DNA of 12,384 bases from Thermoplasmatota archaeon (GTDB lineage Archaea > Thermoplasmatota > Penumbrarchaeia > Penumbrarchaeales > Penumbrarchaeaceae). The notes beneath the pieces were generated by a model. That model saw only the letters and a list, made by a program, of their open reading frames with translations. It did no database searches and was not told the DNA's origin. Made by a program: the position numbers and the translations under genes. Below are positions 8,001 through 12,384 of this stretch, piece by piece. How positions within the stretch are numbered: position 1 is the stretch's first letter; each line of letters begins with the position of its first letter. The stretch lies in NCBI GenBank assembly GCA_965234725.1, contig CBDDUX010000076.1:1-12384 (forward strand), given 5' to 3'.

Positions 8001-9248
8001 GATAACATCGTGATCCATGCCAGATCGGTGGATATGGTGGGCCACATCTCGGAAGAGAGTAACATTTTCGGAAGAAGGGATGCAAATGGTCCATCATTCG
8101 ATCCATACAATATACCGCAATGGACAGCAACGGATCGTCCAATCCTTAATATAAGGATCAGCGACAGGTCCTCGGATGGAGGCCTCGGAATAGGTGTTGA
8201 TCCTTATTCGATAATGTACAGGACAGTTACTATCGGAGGTATGGAAACATCATGGACAAAGGTGAGGGGAAAGGATGTTGGAAGTATTTTGGATGTTTCT
8301 TTCATTCCGGAACTATCAGCGGGATTCAGAGGCAGCATCCAGATGAAAGCAATGGACCTCTTTGGAAATTCCGCTTTATCACAAGGATTCCCTCTGAACG
8401 TTGATTCCGATCCGCCAAAATTGGAACTCCAGGGGACCGGTAAATATCTTCTGACAGGATCAAATGATATTGAATTGACCGTCAGAATAAAGGACCCGGG
8501 AGGATCGGGACTGGACGGCAACACGGTCGAGGCCAGATACTCAAAGAAGGGTTATCTCGAATGGAGCGACTGGAGATCCTTTGGTGGGGGATTGGATGGA
8601 AATGATGTCCTCGTTTCCGATTCATTGCCTTTAATTGAAAGTAGTTACAGTCTTGAATTCAGGGCGAAGGACCTTGTGGGCAACATGGGAACCACAGGAG
8701 AGATCAAGGTGACCATTGAGGTCCTCGTTGAGGACCTACCACCTATACCTGTGATAGCTTCACCGAAGAACGGATCAGGTTTCAGATTGGGTGAACCTGT
8801 ATATCTGGATGCCACAGGAACGACTGATGATGGGATATCGGGGTCCGAACTCAAGATCTCATGGTTCTCCAATATTTCAGGTCATATCTCATCAGGTGGT
8901 AAGGGAAAAGTGTACCTGGAAAAGGGATTCCACAGGATCACACTTTACGTTGATGATGGCCTACCAGGGCATAATACAAGCGCATTTGTGGATATCGAGG
9001 TCTACGACCCATCTGATAATACCACTATCGACGGGGATGATGGGGAAGATAGTAACTCAGATGAAAATGGTGAAAGGGATCTGACATGGATGATATTGTT
9101 GGTGATCCTATCTGTCCTTGGTGTCATCGGGGGAGTTGCCTTCATGATCATCCGGAAAAGAAAGGAAGAGGAGATCATGATCGGATTTGTAAGTAGGTCC
9201 TCGGATGATACAAACATGGACAAACATGAAGAAAATGATGATCATTGA
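5043..9248 (+). CDS. Large cell-surface protein: FG-GAP/integrin-alpha-like beta-propeller, PA14 domain, Ig/PKD-like domains, C-terminal TM anchor, 1401 aa
   Basis: N-terminal signal/TM; seven DxDxDG-type loops (DIDGDG, DMDADG, DLDNDG, DIDGDG, DINRDG, DIDGDL, DINDDN) with FGSS/FGYS and GSPG motifs; PA14 (GLLGVYY...RIDDEITFDWG...DFSVMWRG); repeated AxDxxGN Ig-like ends; PKD-like PIPVIASP...GFHRITLYVDDG; TM helix followed by RKRK. Confidence 0.9.
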   Translation: MNVRSGSAWARSRIVTVILAAIMLVVIGLPFFPNSDQIDPIYHVAGDVSNSGIQRLEDVADIHVIGIDNQGSRSGLGSSMGLKDIDGDGIDDLYFGYGLLPGNSGLVAFKGGEEHIKGIVDLEETDPDLSYNIQPSMWLDTGDMDADGDLDLVLGGYHGSGMIYRREGEDLLPVQSIMAGGPDNPLNYQYTDHVIMDDLDNDGRDEVISGYFYNNPNTRTPPPHQVNILWGTGERTTLQRGRSWFFGSSMATGDIDGDGNKDLAIGGYNWYDLDRNMEQTGSVLLFFNISRLKETATFDPREVSDCWIQGSSVEDFFGYSIELKDINRDGKDDIIVGSPGSDDPVTNEYNTGAIHVFYGDVESSFPKNMYSNGGADQIIYGSTGKYEGDPDYNGDKIGRVFEVADIDGDLEYELVVAIPGKHTPGNEMHDGLNAGAVTIHETKDAFPSVGGYVKLRYPSRTFTVEGNDPIDSTGWQVATGDINDDNVSDILISVPGGDGIDNSRVQCGEVFLVLGNALRVEGFKISGEGFLDGVIIPSEGTISLNTTFSHSKGPDLVEETILTLDPEGGSIELIMDKSVCRIQNDPWDSIKIEDFSTGQKGYMGWMKCELSVRLNIPIKGQFDIGIVLREKNGSNITYFVDSPASVSKSLKWGGGPSFFVDGIRSDHENSWIKEEAIVDIKELSILNKAGDIPFRRGDVGIILKNGQGEVIRSTFREGVDLSFASDELKLGVPWIEPVLNDITFPPGYPEEQLPDLPNSFSIDLRLDDAPPLPPSDLLIFGPTGSSPELISPGDVDLLINSTFEEEMDPNGSGLDRFEVSIDSGPFEPVMEAGGLLGVYYKSRRFTDPCFQRIDDEITFDWGKFGPDPNLGIHYNDFSVMWRGWFKSPWDFPFNFRLNGYGMARLEVDGQEIIPWSEISKTRTSTTLNFEKDTIHAIMIQFRNDPVLLDTAIELKWLEEDGRFWPVGSSNLFSPSNRTTIHPEEDQDNIVIHARSVDMVGHISEESNIFGRRDANGPSFDPYNIPQWTATDRPILNIRISDRSSDGGLGIGVDPYSIMYRTVTIGGMETSWTKVRGKDVGSILDVSFIPELSAGFRGSIQMKAMDLFGNSALSQGFPLNVDSDPPKLELQGTGKYLLTGSNDIELTVRIKDPGGSGLDGNTVEARYSKKGYLEWSDWRSFGGGLDGNDVLVSDSLPLIESSYSLEFRAKDLVGNMGTTGEIKVTIEVLVEDLPPIPVIASPKNGSGFRLGEPVYLDATGTTDDGISGSELKISWFSNISGHISSGGKGKVYLEKGFHRITLYVDDGLPGHNTSAFVDIEVYDPSDNTTIDGDDGEDSNSDENGERDLTWMILLVILSVLGVIGGVAFMIIRKRKEEEIMIGFVSRSSDDTNMDKHEENDDH

Positions 9249-9351
9249 AGTATTTTGAAGGTGTGACATTGTCATTTGGCTTTATGGTATCAAAAACTCC
9301 GGGACAAAAGAATATCATGCAGTAAGTGGATTGTAGTATGCTGTTGATATC

Positions 9352-10530
9352 ATGGATGTTGAAACGATAGGAGTATTTTTGGACTTCGAGAACCTGGCCG
9401 TATCAGCCGAAAGGGCATATCCCTCAAGAGAAAAACCGTTGAAGCTCCTTCCCGTGATCGATTACATAAATACCCTTGGAAATGTGTTGCTGAAAAGGGC
9501 TTATGCGAACTGGTCCAGGCCGATCTACTATCAATATCAACAGGACCTCTCCAATAACGGCTTCGAACTTCTCCACCTACCGGAAACCACATCACAGGGT
9601 AAGAACGGGTCCGATGTGAAGCTTGCCATTGACCTCATGGAGCATATGGAGCTCTATGGTACAATTTCTACTTACATAGTTGGTTCGGGAGATTCCGATT
9701 TCATACCCCTCATCCAATCTATTCGAAAAAGGGGAAAAAGGGTCGTTGTCATCGGTTTCAACAGCTCTGTTGGCCACGTTGTGAAAATGGTTTGCAACGA
9801 ATTCAAGGCCATGGAGGACTTTATTGGAAGGAACGAAGCTGACCTGAACATCGAGGATGAACCGGGTTTGGAACTCAAACATGCAAGGGACCTTCTTATC
9901 AGGTACTCGAGGAACCTTGAAGAAGAGGAATTGGGTGTACATCTTTCCAAGCTCAAACTGGACCTTAAAAGGCTTGATCCTTCCTTTTCTGAAAGAAAAT
10001 GCGGATTCGTATCCTTCAAGCAATTCGTTGTCTCCTTCGAGGGGGACATACTTGAAGTGAAGGAGGACCCTGAGAACAAGGGTTCGTATATTGCCTATTT
10101 CAATGATAGGACAAGGGTCAGCCAGGATGAATCAAATCAGCTGGAGGAAGCGGCACAACATCTGAGCAAATGGGGTCATATTGAAGATATGAAGGATCGA
10201 GAGTTCGTTTCAAAAAGATTGGTGGAGGTCATGAAGAAGGAGGAACATCCTTCTCTGATAGACCTGATAGATGCGATTTACGACGGTAGGAAAAGGATCG
10301 CCAAGAAGAAGATACACAAGTTCCTTTTGACATTGTATCATGAGAACGTCTTTCGACAGATCAACGAAAGCTATCAAGGTCCTCTTAATACCAGATGGTT
10401 CGAGCTAAGAAGGACTGGGATCGACAGCGAGGGAGTCCTTGGTTATTATATGGACGGTACAAAAAAGATGTTGAAGGACCGATTCCCCGATCTTACAAAA
10501 GAAGAGATCGAAGATCTCCTTGAAAAATGA
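9352..10530 (+). CDS. NYN (LabA/DUF88, PIN-like) ribonuclease domain plus OST-HTH/LOTUS domain protein, 392 aa
   Basis: Acidic NYN motifs VFLDFENL, GKNGSDVKLAID and GSGDSDFIPL; LOTUS-like LSKLKLDLKRLDPSFSERKCGFVSFKQFV; extra helical C-terminal region. Confidence 0.9.
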   Translation: MDVETIGVFLDFENLAVSAERAYPSREKPLKLLPVIDYINTLGNVLLKRAYANWSRPIYYQYQQDLSNNGFELLHLPETTSQGKNGSDVKLAIDLMEHMELYGTISTYIVGSGDSDFIPLIQSIRKRGKRVVVIGFNSSVGHVVKMVCNEFKAMEDFIGRNEADLNIEDEPGLELKHARDLLIRYSRNLEEEELGVHLSKLKLDLKRLDPSFSERKCGFVSFKQFVVSFEGDILEVKEDPENKGSYIAYFNDRTRVSQDESNQLEEAAQHLSKWGHIEDMKDREFVSKRLVEVMKKEEHPSLIDLIDAIYDGRKRIAKKKIHKFLLTLYHENVFRQINESYQGPLNTRWFELRRTGIDSEGVLGYYMDGTKKMLKDRFPDLTKEEIEDLLEK

Positions 10531-10578
10531 GGAAATAAATATTATTTCGATTAAATTTTTTTTATAATGATTAAACAA

Positions 10579-12189
10579 TCAAGAAATTTGTAGACTGACC
10601 CTATAGACTCCTCCATCATCCAAAATCGCGATCTCTTGAAATTCATACATCAACTTAAGCTCATCTATATCATATAAAAATACATTTATTATATTGAACC
10701 ATATGATAACTAAGGAACCTCTTAGATTTAATGTTCTATTGAACAGTGGTAAATCATCAGGTGAAAAATCAGAACCCTCAAAAGTTTTTATTGGTACTTC
10801 ATGAACTTTTCGATATAATGAGGTTTTAAAAAATGCATCTGGGACATTACTATAAAATTTTCCTTCTATTTTGTTATTTAATACATATTTTATAGTATCT
10901 GAATCTTTCCATTCTGGTGATGCAAAACCACCGGGTGATTGGTTTATAATGTTAATAGAAACATATCCTATTGAAACTAACATCCAAGTAGAAAATAGAA
11001 TTAACACAAATTTAATAATCTCCATATTTGTATAAGGAAAATTAAAAAGTTTCATCTTAAATGGATACTTATTATTCTTTTTTTCAAAAATAGTAATTAT
11101 GAATATCATTAAGGTAATAATAATTGGGATATATAACGGAGATAGATATCTTATCCCAATAGCACTAAAAGCTACTGTAAACTGAGACACCAAAATATAT
11201 ATTGTATATATAAATATAAAGGACATACATGTAATTAATAAATATCTGAGATTCTTATTGTCTTTAGTTGATTTCCATATTGCTATCCAAATGTAAAATA
11301 AACACAATATTAATAGAAAAGATAGTGAAAATATCAATATCTTAGGAAAATATTCAGGGATGAATAATTCCCCTATACCACGAATAATTCTAACTGTGAT
11401 ATACCATATAGGCCAATTTGATGGATAACGTTCTCCAACAAATGTACCCGTAAGCCAAAAGTTCCTAAATACATAGAATCCCGTAGGAATTGATGATAAA
11501 GAGGAAAAAATCAATGAATCAAAAATTTTTCGTTTCAAGGTTCTTGCTCTATAAAGGATTAAAAAAACTCCTGTAAAAATTAGAGTGATTCCAATGTATC
11601 TTATTAGACAAGCAAACATTACTGCAGAAATTGCTATTCCAAAATTTTTTCTATTTTTTACTGGTTTGTACATATATTTAGAAATATTTAAGAAAAATAT
11701 TAAAGATGCGAAAATAAAAAATAATTCTGACCAAATCATTGATGCCATTATAAAAAGGGGTCTTGAACTAAATAGAATCAAACATCCGATTGTAATTACT
11801 GTTATTTGTTTTAGATATTTCCTCATCCAACGAACAATTACACCGATTAAAATACCATAAATAATAACATTCAAAAATATAGAAAAATCGAATGTATTCG
11901 TAAAAAATAGATTTGATAAAGAAAGTATCATTGAATATAAAGGCCCATAATAAACGTAGGGATCTCCATTATCATAATAAAAACCATTTCCATTCCATAG
12001 GTTTTTTGAAACTTCAATATAATAAACAGAATCTGTAGTATAACCCAATCCATATCTCCAAGTTGAAAATAGTAAAAATATGCTCGATAAAAAACCTATA
12101 CTTAACTCATAAAAAATTGGATACTTTTTTATATACTTAATTAGGGGTAATTTTATTTGAATAGGAATTATTGGTTTTTTTTTAAGCAC
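10579..12189 (-). CDS. GT-C-fold (ArnT/PMT-like) polytopic membrane glycosyltransferase, 536 aa, AT-rich
   Basis: GTG start with GGAGA SD; first loop TTDSVYYI...YYGPLYS; WSELFF, LIRYIG and RYLSPLY motifs; more than 10 hydrophobic helices; soluble C-terminal domain. Confidence 0.8.
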   Translation of the reverse strand: MLKKKPIIPIQIKLPLIKYIKKYPIFYELSIGFLSSIFLLFSTWRYGLGYTTDSVYYIEVSKNLWNGNGFYYDNGDPYVYYGPLYSMILSLSNLFFTNTFDFSIFLNVIIYGILIGVIVRWMRKYLKQITVITIGCLILFSSRPLFIMASMIWSELFFIFASLIFFLNISKYMYKPVKNRKNFGIAISAVMFACLIRYIGITLIFTGVFLILYRARTLKRKIFDSLIFSSLSSIPTGFYVFRNFWLTGTFVGERYPSNWPIWYITVRIIRGIGELFIPEYFPKILIFSLSFLLILCLFYIWIAIWKSTKDNKNLRYLLITCMSFIFIYTIYILVSQFTVAFSAIGIRYLSPLYIPIIITLMIFIITIFEKKNNKYPFKMKLFNFPYTNMEIIKFVLILFSTWMLVSIGYVSINIINQSPGGFASPEWKDSDTIKYVLNNKIEGKFYSNVPDAFFKTSLYRKVHEVPIKTFEGSDFSPDDLPLFNRTLNLRGSLVIIWFNIINVFLYDIDELKLMYEFQEIAILDDGGVYRVSLQIS

Positions 12190-12331
12190 AATATCTCCAG
12201 GAATTAATATAATTAATAATATATTAATTAATCGTCTTAAATCGTTATTTTATTTCTAGAAACCCTATCAGTATGAATAAAGTATAATTCATTCCTCTTT
12301 CAATATTGTAAACCATTACCATGAATCAGTA

Positions 12332-12384
12332 GTAGAGTAGAGCAGAGGATCGCTCCTCCGCCCCCTCATCAAACCGTACGTGAG
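12332..12384 (-). mobile_element. Group II intron 3' end (3' half of domain V, domain VI, 3' splice site), truncated by the window edge
   Basis: Minus strand reads CTC-AC-GTACGGTTT (DV 3' arm with AC bulge), GAT, then GAGGGGGCGGAGGA-GCGA-TCCTCTGCTCT-A-CTC-TAC: a DVI hairpin with a GNRA loop, a bulged A (12338) 7 nt from the end, and a terminal AC. Confidence 0.88.

Noticed and set aside
5119..10079. Numerous antisense and alternate-frame ORFs within the large surface protein and NYN genes (likewise within 40-3135 and 11585-11860)
   Set aside because: Shadow ORFs of well-supported genes, with no motifs of their own.
12342..12348. GCAGAGG matching the tRNA acceptor strand inside the intron end
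   Set aside because: A 7-mer explained by the domain VI stem; no evidence linking the intron to the tRNA duplications.

Overview
Archaeal-looking window, most consistent with Thermoplasmatota (inferred from TATA-like promoters, a CCA-less tRNA with an oligo-T trailer, and a choice-of-anchor-T-like surface protein). Minus strand: an ABM-barrel protein, a membrane-anchored alpha/alpha-toroid protein, a CDF metal transporter and a surface protein. Then an intact tRNA-Ser(UGA) at 3902-3987. Plus strand: a TM/winged-helix/zinc-ribbon protein, a 1401-aa FG-GAP/PA14 surface protein and a NYN-LOTUS nuclease. The right end is an AT-rich segment with a GT-C-type glycosyltransferase, ending in the 3' end (domains V/VI) of a group II intron. 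The most unusual structure is the tRNA locus. It is bracketed by an exact 65-bp copy of its promoter and 5' end (174 bp upstream) and an exact 37-bp copy of its 3' end and terminator (180 bp downstream). The two intervening non-coding inserts are hairpin-rich and appear to share ordered motifs in inverted orientation. All family calls and alignments were made by eye; no searches were run.
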